Shown here piece by piece: positions 25,019 through 35,061 of a stretch of DNA of 52,529 bases. Made by a program: the position numbers and the translations under genes. The stretch comes from a virus (lineage: Duplodnaviria > Caudoviricetes): positions 1 to 52,529 of the IMG/VR virus record IMGVR_UViG_3300032342_000011; one strand, given 5' to 3'. Position 1 is the first letter of the stretch; the number at the start of each line of letters is the position of its first letter. The notes under the pieces were generated by a model, which saw nothing but the letters and a program-made list of their open reading frames with translations, searched no databases and was not told the DNA's origin.

Positions 25019-27984
25019 TATACATCTACCTCCGCAGTTGAAACAATAGCGACCCAATCAATTGTAGTTGCAGCGACGCCGGTTACAGCAATATTTAGCG
25101 CTCCGTTTGTTGTATCCGCAGTAATGTTTGCATCCCATGCAGCATTGTCTTCAGCAATTACTGTTTTGCTTGAAGCAACTATTGCTGTTGATGCCGCTGT
25201 TGCCGTGCGGCGTATTACCCCAACGAATCTATATCCTGCTGCTTGTGCAGCAGCAGTATTACGAGCCACCAGCAAAATATCAAAAGTCCATGCTGATGTA
25301 TTTTCCAACACTAATCGTTGTGTACCACCTGTTCCATCTAGAAACATAGTTGTTGATGTAGCATTAGTTGTTTGTGTTCTAAGAGTATAACGACCAGCTT
25401 GAGCGTCTCCATCTATTGCAAATCTTCCAGATGATTGAACAGACCCACCATAGTGTCGTGCAATAGCACGATTACCATGAGCAGAAGAATATGTTGCTGA
25501 TGCAGTGTTTGAACTTCCACCAAGAACGATAGAATCTTGTCCTGAAGCTGTTTGACCCTGACCAATTGCAACTGAATTGTTACCAGCAACCGTGCTTGCT
25601 GTCGGTGTAACTGGATTTTCATTGTAAAGTTGTAAAACTGTTCCTGCAATTGCTGCCCATTTAATGCCGGAGCCTACTGTTGAGTCAGCGGTCAAAACAA
25701 AGTTATTTGTACCAACTGCTTGTCTTATGTTATTTGTACCATTATGAACAATTAAATCTCCCTTAGTCGTGAGGGGAGACAAATTGTTAAATCCTGTTGT
25801 GTTAGTGGTACCATTTGTACCACCATTAGCAATACCGAGAATAGATGTTCCAACAGCAGCAGATTGTGAAAGATCAATAGAACCAAATGTTAGAGCGGTT
25901 CCCGCACCATTAACAACAAGCACTTGGTTTGCTGTTCCTTGAATAGAAGCAACATCTGCTGTTGCATTTCCTGTAACACCAAGAACTGAACGCGCAGAAC
26001 CTTGAGTCAAGTTTGCAAACGGCAATCTTCCAGAAACATCTGTTGTCAGTGCAACTTGGGAGAAGGTAATTGTGGTTCCATCTGTTCTCAAAACCCTATT
26101 CGCTACGGTGCCAGAAGTCCAACTCGGTACGCCAGTACTACTTGTTACAAGAGCAGAAGTATTCGCAGTAGCAATAGAAGAAAGGGTATCCGTTGCAGTT
26201 GTGTAGAGAAGTGTATTTGTTCCACCGAATGTAGATACACCAGTACCACCACGGCTTACTGCTAATTGTCCTGACCATCCCAATGTCAACGATGCTGCTC
26301 GCAAAAGCGCGGTTGTAGGAGTTCCACCTAAAGTCAAAGTAACGTTTGTATCATCTACCTTTGTAAGCGCGGCACCCGTAACTTCAGTACCTGGAATTGT
26401 ACTCCAGGCGGGTATAGTTCCATTACTCCTGAGATACGTTGCAGATGCACCAATAGTCAGGACAGAAAGTGTGTTTATAGCAGAAGCATAGAGAGTATCG
26501 CCCGTAGCATAGGATGTTAATCCAGTACCACCTCTGGTTGTTGCTATTGTTGTCGCATCCCATGTACCAGTTGTAATCGTTCCAAGAGTAGTAATTGACG
26601 TTTGTCCAACATATGCTGCATCAATATCAATCGTTGGGTTAGCAGCAATTCCATCACCATTTGATAATGATATTCTATTTGTCGTTCCAGTTATGGTTCG
26701 AGATTCCCATGTACCAGAACCTGAATGGACTGTAAGTCCATTTCCAGTACCATTCAAATCTTGCCAAGATGTGTATTCTGCGCTAGTGAAATGATAATAT
26801 TCATTAGCTGTACCACCTTGTAACCCACTAAGGTCGTTGTGATTGGAAATGCTTGCACCTTGAAAACTTAATTCAAAAGCGCTATCAACCTGAACGAAAG
26901 TTACCTGATTTCTTCTAATAATAATTCGTCCCACGAGAACAGCAAATTTTACAACATCTGGTGGTAGTGGAGGTATTAGTGCTTCTTGCGCTGTTGAAAG
27001 ACTATTGGTATTTTCTAAGCCGTAAACAACATTAACAGTTCCTTCTGCCCCGACGTAAACCCAATGATTATTGTAACGATTAGCACTTAATGCAACTAAG
27101 CCCGAAGTTGGATCATTGAACTGTGTTATATCAATTTGAGTTTGTGCTGGTACGGAAACCCAGGTAGATGGTGCTGAACGATACCAATACGTAAATGTAT
27201 CAACACCACTTGTGTCAAATGCTGCGAACACATATTGATCAATTCCTTCCCAAAAAGCACCAGAAGTAATTGCGATATTTCGCGTTCCGGTTTCACTAAT
27301 ACGTGCCCCAGAAGCATGTTGAAATGGTTGAGTCGCTTCGAATCGTTCAATAACTCCTGCTATTGAATTATCAATTTTTAATCTGGTTATGTTATTGACA
27401 GATACTTGTGTGCCACTTCTGTAAACAACTCCCAATAAGATAAATCTATTATCGTATGTTTGAGATGTCTGAGTTACTACTTGTGGTGAACCACCATTAT
27501 AATCAACGTAAATGTAATTTACCATTACATCAGTTAAACTTACTGATGCGTTTGTTGCCCAATCGAAGAAATATAGTGGTGAAAGAGTGGAGTTCGCATC
27601 GTGGATTAAACCGGTGCCACCAGTAACTGCAACCGTACCATCTCCATTTGAAGTTATTACCCCACCAGAAAATGAGCCACGACTACCAAAAAGACCGATG
27701 AAATCTTGAACTGTGTCGTAGGTCGAAGGACTTAATTTTAAGACACCAATATTATCTGCTGTTAGATCAGTAAACGAAACCGTTTGAGTCCAATCTGTAT
27801 CAAGAGCTCCCGTTTTAATATAAAGTTTTCCGTTTGTGCGAAGATATAATGAACCTAGTGCTGTTGAAACGCCTGTTATTGTAGGATCAGCAGTTGCAGC
27901 AACAACAGACGACAATGTTGATTCGTCAACAAATAGTGCGAGACCATTTTCGTCTATTGTAAATGCGGTGGTAATATCTGCCAT
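25018..27984 (-). CDS. Tail fibre-like protein (mosaic of modules shared with its neighbours)
   Basis: A ~230-aa block is near-identical to the 20372 gene. Its N-terminal half resembles the 30107 gene. It carries YadA-head-like NSVAIG repeats. Confidence 0.8.
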   Translation of the reverse strand: MADITTAFTIDENGLALFVDESTLSSVVAATADPTITGVSTALGSLYLRTNGKLYIKTGALDTDWTQTVSFTDLTADNIGVLKLSPSTYDTVQDFIGLFGSRGSFSGGVITSNGDGTVAVTGGTGLIHDANSTLSPLYFFDWATNASVSLTDVMVNYIYVDYNGGSPQVVTQTSQTYDNRFILLGVVYRSGTQVSVNNITRLKIDNSIAGVIERFEATQPFQHASGARISETGTRNIAITSGAFWEGIDQYVFAAFDTSGVDTFTYWYRSAPSTWVSVPAQTQIDITQFNDPTSGLVALSANRYNNHWVYVGAEGTVNVVYGLENTNSLSTAQEALIPPLPPDVVKFAVLVGRIIIRRNQVTFVQVDSAFELSFQGASISNHNDLSGLQGGTANEYYHFTSAEYTSWQDLNGTGNGLTVHSGSGTWESRTITGTTNRISLSNGDGIAANPTIDIDAAYVGQTSITTLGTITTGTWDATTIATTRGGTGLTSYATGDTLYASAINTLSVLTIGASATYLRSNGTIPAWSTIPGTEVTGAALTKVDDTNVTLTLGGTPTTALLRAASLTLGWSGQLAVSRGGTGVSTFGGTNTLLYTTATDTLSSIATANTSALVTSSTGVPSWTSGTVANRVLRTDGTTITFSQVALTTDVSGRLPFANLTQGSARSVLGVTGNATADVASIQGTANQVLVVNGAGTALTFGSIDLSQSAAVGTSILGIANGGTNGTTNTTGFNNLSPLTTKGDLIVHNGTNNIRQAVGTNNFVLTADSTVGSGIKWAAIAGTVLQLYNENPVTPTASTVAGNNSVAIGQGQTASGQDSIVLGGSSNTASATYSSAHGNRAIARHYGGSVQSSGRFAIDGDAQAGRYTLRTQTTNATSTTMFLDGTGGTQRLVLENTSAWTFDILLVARNTAAAQAAGYRFVGVIRRTATAASTAIVASSKTVIAEDNAAWDANITADTTNGALNIAVTGVAATTIDWVAIVSTAEVDV

Positions 27985-27985
27985 G

Positions 27986-28714
27986 TTATGGTCCTATTGC
28001 AGCTAGGCGTTTAATTTCATAGTCGAAAGCAACTCCAGCAGTTACAGTTAGTATCAATTGTGTTCCAACAGAAGTTACACTAAACGATAACCCAGTAATT
28101 GCACCACCTCTTGTTAATAAATTTGATGATGTAAAGTCAACTCCGTTTGCATCGTCTCTAATAGCAAATATTTCTCGAGCACGAACTCTTGAAGGAATAC
28201 CATTGCTGTTAATTCTTACGACCCATCTAGCCATATTTATTCCGACAGGAAGTGTATCAGAAATCGTTACAACACTCGTTCCTTTTATCTCTGCATTGTT
28301 TTGATAGACAAATGCATTTAGTTTGGCTGTTGCGAGTTCGAGATTATCATTTGTACCAATAATATTACCAACAGTAAGGGGACCTCCACCTGTCGGAGAA
28401 GCATAGTCTGGTGTTTCAACACCAACGGCATCCTTTCCAATAAAGGTCCGAATGTCGCCCTCTTCTGTAGCGCTACCACCAGTACCGGTAATATTTCTCC
28501 AGTCAGCACTTGTGTTTGTAAAATCTTGAAACTTTTGATACACAGCAGTGGTAATACTGGTGCCAGCATTAACAAGCCAAATTGAACCAACTGGAGCATT
28601 TTGTGCATCAGCTTGTAAATTGGGAGCAGAAGTGCCCGTTAGGATTTGGACAAACGATGATGGATCAATGTCAATCTCAAATCCTCGTTTTGCACGGTGG
28701 AAATCTATAGTCAT
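27986..28714 (-). CDS. Putative fibre-associated structural/adaptor protein
   Basis: The N-terminus (RGFEID...APVGSIWL...W) resembles the 30107 gene. The C-terminus resembles the repeat unit of the 33818 gene. Confidence 0.7.
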   Translation of the reverse strand: MTIDFHRAKRGFEIDIDPSSFVQILTGTSAPNLQADAQNAPVGSIWLVNAGTSITTAVYQKFQDFTNTSADWRNITGTGGSATEEGDIRTFIGKDAVGVETPDYASPTGGGPLTVGNIIGTNDNLELATAKLNAFVYQNNAEIKGTSVVTISDTLPVGINMARWVVRINSNGIPSRVRAREIFAIRDDANGVDFTSSNLLTRGGAITGLSFSVTSVGTQLILTVTAGVAFDYEIKRLAAIGP

Positions 28715-28766
28715 TATAATACCTTAGGTTGCTGGCCACTTTTTTGTAATATCGTATTCTTCGCCA

Positions 28767-30110
28767 TTATGAATATCTCCTTCTTTTTGAAATTACACTT
28801 TCGCCAGCAACTAAACCACTAGAAGGAGTACCATTACGTTTAAAGATTGATACATCTACAGTCAATACTGCTGGTCTAATGGCCACAGTATTCGCTATCC
28901 AAGTTTCTGATGCAGCAAGTGTAAATGTGCCAGGGTTTAGTGATGATACTGGTGAAACTAGACGAGCTGATCCAGTTTCCGCTCCAGCATTAACTCCTGC
29001 TCCAGATACTGTGCTATTTAAGTTTGTAAAAGTTGCCGGGGCAGCAGTATAGGTTATATCGTCATCTCCAGAACCTGATACTGCGAGCCATAGAGTAAAT
29101 GAAGTGGTCGTGCCCCAACTTGGTATTAAGTTTGGTGGGTCGGGTAAGTTGCTAGCTCCAGTAGCTGGAGTTCCAACTGCTACTCCTGTGAGATCACCAA
29201 ACCAATTTGTGATGCGATGCACGTGTGTTGCTGCTGTGGTTGCTGCACTTGTCACAAAATTGACTGTAGTTCCTCCCTCTGTTCCATCGGCTACCTTAGC
29301 AAATCCAGCAAACGTTACTGTAAAGGCAAGAGAAGCTGCTGTGTTTGTCGTACTCCACAAAGCAGTCCAACTAGTAGGTGTTGTAAAGCTTGAACCGACC
29401 ACGCCTGCAGTTCTTGCACTGATATGCATGAAGAGCAAATCACCTGCTGTAACTGTTGCTGGCATAGAAACATTATGGGTAGTCGAAGCCACCGCAAAAG
29501 CAGTAGTAGTTACAGATGATACTGTTGGGGCTGGATAGGTAGTACCAGCAGGATCATATAGCATTGGATATCGACCCTGTAATCCATTCACTATATTATC
29601 GTGCCCTCTAGAAGCGTATATTGTGGCAATCTCGGCATCAGACAAAGCACGATCATAAACTCGAACGTCCTCTATATTACCATTGACATCAAATGAATTA
29701 CCGTTATTTCCATGTCTGCCGATTAGACTGTTTAATCCTTGTGTATAGCTAATTGTAGTGGCACTGGCTGCTGTAGCCACCAAGCTTCCATCGATGTAGA
29801 TATTGTTGATATTGTTGGTATCGCTAAACGTGTATGCTAGGTGACGCCATCCAGTTCCTGCGATGAAAGTCGCTGTAGTGAGGTTTACCCACGTCACTCC
29901 GTTATAAACAAAACCGGTTACGCCATTACCAGGCGCACCACCTGGCGCATCCGCTCGTAGTCCAACGTTGTCTCCAATCGAAACGACTTGCGCACCTGAG
30001 GTGTCAGCGGCAATTAAGTTCACCCAGGCAGACAAAGTAACATCCACTGGATTTCCAAATAGTCCAGTGATAAGAACCCCTTGATTATTTGTGCCAGGAA
30101 ATGCTATCAT
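28767..30110 (-). CDS. LamG/concanavalin A-like domain protein with an inserted beta-rich domain
   Basis: TLSAWV, WRHLAYT, IYIDG, IG...NGNIEDVRVYDRALSDAEI. Start revised to ATG 30110 (ATGA overlap). Confidence 0.85.
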   Translation of the reverse strand: MIAFPGTNNQGVLITGLFGNPVDVTLSAWVNLIAADTSGAQVVSIGDNVGLRADAPGGAPGNGVTGFVYNGVTWVNLTTATFIAGTGWRHLAYTFSDTNNINNIYIDGSLVATAASATTISYTQGLNSLIGRHGNNGNSFDVNGNIEDVRVYDRALSDAEIATIYASRGHDNIVNGLQGRYPMLYDPAGTTYPAPTVSSVTTTAFAVASTTHNVSMPATVTAGDLLFMHISARTAGVVGSSFTTPTSWTALWSTTNTAASLAFTVTFAGFAKVADGTEGGTTVNFVTSAATTAATHVHRITNWFGDLTGVAVGTPATGASNLPDPPNLIPSWGTTTSFTLWLAVSGSGDDDITYTAAPATFTNLNSTVSGAGVNAGAETGSARLVSPVSSLNPGTFTLAASETWIANTVAIRPAVLTVDVSIFKRNGTPSSGLVAGESVISKRRRYS

Positions 30111-33100
30111 GTCGTAAATTCCACAATCATTTCTAACAGATACCAATCACCAGTATGCGTATCACCTGCTTCCGTACCTCTTCGAGTCAACTCAAATTGA
30201 TAATGTGTTCCTACGCTCCAACCTAGGGATGCTAATGTAATCGTTTGGTTATCGTATTGGAAGTTCGTATTAGTTGGAATTGAAATTGTTGTCAAGTTTA
30301 GAGCCGCTGACCAAGCACCAACTACTGCGTTATCAGGAACTGATCGGTGGTAAAGTGTTGGTTGAATTGCTGTTGGTGCGCCTGGGGCTGTTCGTGCTCT
30401 ACTCTTGAAATAGAACACAACGTTTACCGCTCCTGATGGAATAGTAAACTGACCACCAACTCCTTCTTCAATCGTATCGTCAAAGTTACGAATTGTTAAG
30501 CCAGAGTTTGCAGTATCTGCTGTCGCTGGTGCAAGGGAATTAACTGCCCAGTTTGCTGTCACAGGGTTGTCGAACTGATCTGCTTGGAATGTAAATCTTT
30601 GAACGAATGCACCAGCGGTGGCAATGGTAATTGCCCCCGCTGCCGGTGTTATTGTAATACCAGAGCCAGCGGTGATGGTTTTATATTCAAGAGCAGTCGC
30701 ACCTGTATTAACGCCAAGTACTTGGCTTGCGGAACCAATTGACGTTAACCCAGTGCCGCCTCTGTTTGTTGCAATCGTCGTTGCACTCCATGTACCTGTT
30801 GAAATTGTACCAAGTGTCGTAATTGATGTTTGACCAACATATGCTGCATCAATATCAATTGATGGATTACCAGCAACACCACTACCGTTTGATACGGAAA
30901 TACGACTTGCAGTGCCCGTAATTGTACGTTGTGTCCATGTATCTCCACCAGTTCGAACTGCAAATCCAGTACTACCAAGGCCTTCGAGAGCAGCCAAATC
31001 ATTGGCAAGTACAAATGTTGGATTACCAGCAACGCCATCAGCAGTTGATATACTGATACCAGCTGCTGGTGCAACGAGTGTACGTGTTGTTGAAGTACCG
31101 GTACCTGTAATTACATATAATCCTGTTGTTGCAATTGCAGCCAATGCAGTTAGATCAGAGTCGAGCGTTTGGAAACCAGTAATTGCATGTGTATGATCAC
31201 TTCTAGACAGTGTATCAGCAATACCTGCAGCATTCGTTGTAACTGGAGTCAATGTCGTAATTGGAGCTGCAGTCGATATTGGGTCGGCCGAAGTAGCACC
31301 GTGACGAGATCCGTGAGTGGATACATCAACGCCGTCAACCAAGTTAACGTTGGTGACACTATTACCACCCATATTGAGATTACCGGACATAGCACGAGTA
31401 CCGCTAACTAACAAGTACTGTGGATGATCGTCGTTTAATAATCCGGTCAAATCTCCGTGTTTAACAACTCCTGAAATTGCGGGGGACTGGAATCCCAATC
31501 GTGGACGAATGTCAATAATTTCGACTATGTTCGGATTGCCTTCTTGAACAATAATTGCTGCAATTGGAACGTTAATATCCAAAGCCAAAAACGACGGTGG
31601 TGTTGGCAATGGAGCTGTCTCAGCAGCTAATAGTGTTGCATGTTCTGCTTGCCCGTAAACGAAATTGTAGATTTCGTTACCATCATCACCTGCCAAGTAT
31701 AGAGTGTGTTTGGTGTAGAACCCTACTGTGAGCGCGGTTAAGTTTGTTAGATCATTATATTGTGTATTGTCAGCGATTGTACTCGTATCACTGTCTGGTG
31801 TTCCAGCTGTGTGAAAATGTCGCGTGAATGAGACACTAGTTCCACCAGATGGAGTAAACGTTTGCTTAGAATAGTAATACGTACCGGAAGAAATGTCAAG
31901 TTCTAGTGGTGTTGCATCTTCTGAAACCAGACAACCGCTTCCGAAAAGAGATCCAACAGCCTTTCTCAAGAAATCATCAAGGAACGTTGCTGACTGGGTT
32001 GCAACGATCGGAATATCAGCGACAAGAGCGATATTACCACCTCGTGTTAGAACACGACCAAGAAGAATTGTCTGGACAGTATCTGGAAGACTGTTTGCAA
32101 ATTGAACAATTTGAGACTCATCAACGTAGATGTAATTTGACGTGTCGTCGTCAACAGTCAAAAGTGTCGTTATCCAAACGATTTTTTGGGCGCGCATCGT
32201 TACGCTATTGATGAGATAACCGTAACCATTAGACACAGAAACTTCTAACGGATTGATTGTGGTTGTAATCACACCACCTAACAGAGATCCTGTTGCAGAG
32301 GCCTGCTGAATCAAATCGGTAACGTTTGTAGCATTTCCTTGTTCTGCACCAAGTAATAATGAACCTATAAGAGAGAAGCCAATATTTTCTGGTTCTGTAG
32401 AGTCTGTACTAGTATATGAAAGAGAAAGTGAAGCTCCTGATGCCACGATGACTTCTTCGGGATCGGCTGATCCCGCGAAAAACCCAACTGTCCCCGCGTG
32501 TTCGATTAGGATGTTTGGCAAGTCATCTTGAATAATTTGTGCCTGGAGGTAAATCTTAGAACCTGCTCCAACATTCGGAACGTGTACCCCGAGACCAACA
32601 TCTCTGATCATCAATCCACTACTACTTACAGTAGCACCGTCTTCAATGTATAAACCTACTCCAACTTCGTCACCTGAAATTCCAATATTTTGGAATGTAA
32701 CTATAGCTCCTGTTCCTACAACACTTAAGGCACGAATAAGACCAGTACTTGGTGTTAACTCCCCAACACTGGAAAGTACATCTACCGTTGTACTTTGACC
32801 TCCCGTAGAAACTACTTGTATACCGTACTGATGAGTTGCACCACCGTGGCTATTAATGTCATGTAGATGAGCTACAGTTGGTACTGCATCACCTTCAATG
32901 TAGATGTCAGATTCATTATCTTCAAAGTGCATTCGTGACACAAGGACATGATCAACGTCTTTTATAACAACACCACGCCCACTCGTTGCTCCACTAACCA
33001 TAAAGCCTATCAATCCCGAATCATTACTCATCGTAACAACGTCATCGGCAGGGTTCGATGGTATAATGGTAGCAGTTCCTTCTGTTACTGCCGTAAGGTG

Positions 33101-33790
33101 AGTACTTGGTGGTATTACAAGAGCAGATTCAGTATAAGTTCCTGGAAAAACAATAACTGTCCAGTGATTCGACGGTATAGGTGATTGGGTAGCAACATAA
33201 TCTAATGCATCAGCAATTGAGTCATACTGATCAATACCAGGATCTTGCTGAACAAACACCGTATTTTGGAAAATTGCATCATAAGTCAACCAGTCAGTAC
33301 CTATATAAACAAATACTCTATTTGCATATGTACCACGTTTGATCAAAAGGGCATCGCCGTGCGATTCTTGATTTGTATCTTCTGTAAATATACCGGTCGG
33401 TTGGTCGTAAATGTACACATTAGGACCACCACTACCGACTATTGCAGAAAAGAGAACACGTTGACCTCCTGTAATCGATTGACCATCAATAATAATTGGA
33501 AAACTAGGAGTACCGGTTGGTACAACAGCGGCTACTCTATCAACAACTTCTGCAGGTTCGCGCCATGATGTTGATGCAGCAACATAATCTTCGGTTGCTA
33601 AAACTTCCCACTTGTCAAATCCTGAACCAGCATTCTGTTTGACGTATAGATCACCACCCGTGTCTAGATAAATTGAGCCGACTTGTGCATTAATCGTGTC
33701 GGTAGTTGATCCTGGAGGACCACCTCCACGAAGAACCTTGACAGAACGATCAATTTCAAGACCTTTTGAAATCCTAAAAAATTCAAGCAT
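30107..33790 (-). CDS. Tail spike/fibre with a putative right-handed beta-helix (pectin-lyase-like) region
   Basis: YDSIADAL...VIVFPGTYTE beta-helix cap followed by beta-coil repeats, plus shared fibre modules. TATAAATA at 33815-33822. Confidence 0.75.
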   Translation of the reverse strand: MLEFFRISKGLEIDRSVKVLRGGGPPGSTTDTINAQVGSIYLDTGGDLYVKQNAGSGFDKWEVLATEDYVAASTSWREPAEVVDRVAAVVPTGTPSFPIIIDGQSITGGQRVLFSAIVGSGGPNVYIYDQPTGIFTEDTNQESHGDALLIKRGTYANRVFVYIGTDWLTYDAIFQNTVFVQQDPGIDQYDSIADALDYVATQSPIPSNHWTVIVFPGTYTESALVIPPSTHLTAVTEGTATIIPSNPADDVVTMSNDSGLIGFMVSGATSGRGVVIKDVDHVLVSRMHFEDNESDIYIEGDAVPTVAHLHDINSHGGATHQYGIQVVSTGGQSTTVDVLSSVGELTPSTGLIRALSVVGTGAIVTFQNIGISGDEVGVGLYIEDGATVSSSGLMIRDVGLGVHVPNVGAGSKIYLQAQIIQDDLPNILIEHAGTVGFFAGSADPEEVIVASGASLSLSYTSTDSTEPENIGFSLIGSLLLGAEQGNATNVTDLIQQASATGSLLGGVITTTINPLEVSVSNGYGYLINSVTMRAQKIVWITTLLTVDDDTSNYIYVDESQIVQFANSLPDTVQTILLGRVLTRGGNIALVADIPIVATQSATFLDDFLRKAVGSLFGSGCLVSEDATPLELDISSGTYYYSKQTFTPSGGTSVSFTRHFHTAGTPDSDTSTIADNTQYNDLTNLTALTVGFYTKHTLYLAGDDGNEIYNFVYGQAEHATLLAAETAPLPTPPSFLALDINVPIAAIIVQEGNPNIVEIIDIRPRLGFQSPAISGVVKHGDLTGLLNDDHPQYLLVSGTRAMSGNLNMGGNSVTNVNLVDGVDVSTHGSRHGATSADPISTAAPITTLTPVTTNAAGIADTLSRSDHTHAITGFQTLDSDLTALAAIATTGLYVITGTGTSTTRTLVAPAAGISISTADGVAGNPTFVLANDLAALEGLGSTGFAVRTGGDTWTQRTITGTASRISVSNGSGVAGNPSIDIDAAYVGQTSITTLGTISTGTWSATTIATNRGGTGLTSIGSASQVLGVNTGATALEYKTITAGSGITITPAAGAITIATAGAFVQRFTFQADQFDNPVTANWAVNSLAPATADTANSGLTIRNFDDTIEEGVGGQFTIPSGAVNVVFYFKSRARTAPGAPTAIQPTLYHRSVPDNAVVGAWSAALNLTTISIPTNTNFQYDNQTITLASLGWSVGTHYQFELTRRGTEAGDTHTGDWYLLEMIVEFTT

Positions 33791-33817
33791 CTATTTGTTC
33801 CTATACGTTTTTACTAT

Positions 33818-34975
33818 TTATACGGAGACGGGCTCTCGTACGAGATCAACCACAATTGGAAACGCTTCATTGTTAGTTATCTCGAGGTTAATATTCAATC
33901 CACTTGTTACTACATCAACATCTATATCAAATGATGCTCCAACTTGTGAATACATTGTAAATGAAGGACTACCGTAGTGTGTTAGCATATTGATTTGAAA
34001 TCCTTCAGTTTCATCTGTTGTATCATGAGATGCAGCAAGTAACCATTTAACTTGATGGTAACCAACGTGATTAACTTGGTCTACTATCACTGTTGTTGCT
34101 GGATCGATAATAATTCCAGTAGTAAATGCCATGTAAATGTTACATTCCACATCTTGCGCACATGGTGCTGGGGCGCAATTCGTTGTCGGTGGAGGAACGG
34201 TTGTCAGGTGATCAATTGTTACACCAATCCGTGAACCGACAACTGCTATATCATTTGGTTCATTATTTGTTACCCTTAGTGTTACTTTAGTACCTGTAAC
34301 TACTATATCAATTGTTGCATTTATTCCCATTGGACCAACAATTGCATATTCAGTTATTGTAAATTGAGCTATACCATTAACACTGTAAATTTCACGCGCT
34401 TCAATATTTCCACTTGTAAGGTCGAGTAATGTTAGTAACCATTTTTCAGCCTTATGATACCGAAAAGGAACTGTATCTACAATCAACGTTGTTCCTGTTG
34501 GAACTGTTGTATCGTGTATCTGAACGATATCAAGTGGCGCAAATCCACTTGGGATAGGAACCGTAGGTGATGCGATCCGTGGAACTGGTACTCTCGTCAA
34601 ATAAATAACAATCTCGTTTGCTTCATTATTAGTAATTTCCAACTGAAGATTCCCACCACTAATTGTAACATCAACAAGATGGCTAACACCGTTTCCTTGT
34701 GATGAATATACTGTTTGGAATGGTAATGTTCCATCTTGGTGAATTCCATACACCTCATACATTTCAACATCATTAGTATGATGATTGACAACAGCAACAA
34801 ACCACTTTGCACCTCTGTAGTCACTAACAGGAATTGTATCAACAATTACTGTTGTACTACTATTGACAATAACAACTCCTGTGATCGCTTGGAGAGCTGG
34901 TGTAACAGATAGGGTTAAATATGGTGAGATACATATTGGGGTACCGGTCGGACGTGATAATATTGGGCTGGTCAT
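33818..34975 (-). CDS. Structural protein with three tandem ~95-aa beta-sandwich repeats
   Basis: Three copies of IVD....Y...KW......E..E......Y...G....V.V.G....L.ITNNE. ATG 34975 lies downstream of ATAAATA at 35010-35016. Confidence 0.75.
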   Translation of the reverse strand: MTSPILSRPTGTPICISPYLTLSVTPALQAITGVVIVNSSTTVIVDTIPVSDYRGAKWFVAVVNHHTNDVEMYEVYGIHQDGTLPFQTVYSSQGNGVSHLVDVTISGGNLQLEITNNEANEIVIYLTRVPVPRIASPTVPIPSGFAPLDIVQIHDTTVPTGTTLIVDTVPFRYHKAEKWLLTLLDLTSGNIEAREIYSVNGIAQFTITEYAIVGPMGINATIDIVVTGTKVTLRVTNNEPNDIAVVGSRIGVTIDHLTTVPPPTTNCAPAPCAQDVECNIYMAFTTGIIIDPATTVIVDQVNHVGYHQVKWLLAASHDTTDETEGFQINMLTHYGSPSFTMYSQVGASFDIDVDVVTSGLNINLEITNNEAFPIVVDLVREPVSV

Positions 34976-35009
34976 TAATCTGTGTTTCCGAGTAAGTGGA
35001 ACTATCAAC

Positions 35010-35041
35010 TATTTATGGAGTGTAATCACCACATATAAATA
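35010..35041. promoter_or_regulatory. Divergent pair of T4-like late promoters
   Basis: ATAAATA on the minus strand (35010-35016) and TATAAATA on the plus strand (35034-35041), between divergent genes. Confidence 0.7.
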
Positions 35042-35061
35042 ACCAATAACGAAGGATTGAT

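Noticed and set aside
25019-25057. ORF-track upstream starts (25057, also 2353+, 3666, 20334, 30146, 35008, 35621, 39101, 40995, 51675)
   Set aside because: Downstream ATGs fit the RBS, stop-start overlaps or late-promoter positions better.
21456-31411. Many 60-180-aa plus-strand ORFs (e.g. 23325-23873, 22863-23300, 29104-29538)
   Set aside because: Antisense shadows of Gly/Thr/Ala-rich fibre genes, giving Pro/Val-rich translations. They have non-ATG or RBS-less starts and no motifs.
11979-34975. Diversity-generating retroelement or invertase shufflon behind the fibre variation
   Set aside because: No reverse transcriptase, site-specific recombinase, inverted crossover sites or near-identical non-coding template repeat was seen in the window. 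The repeats are in-frame and synonymously diverged.
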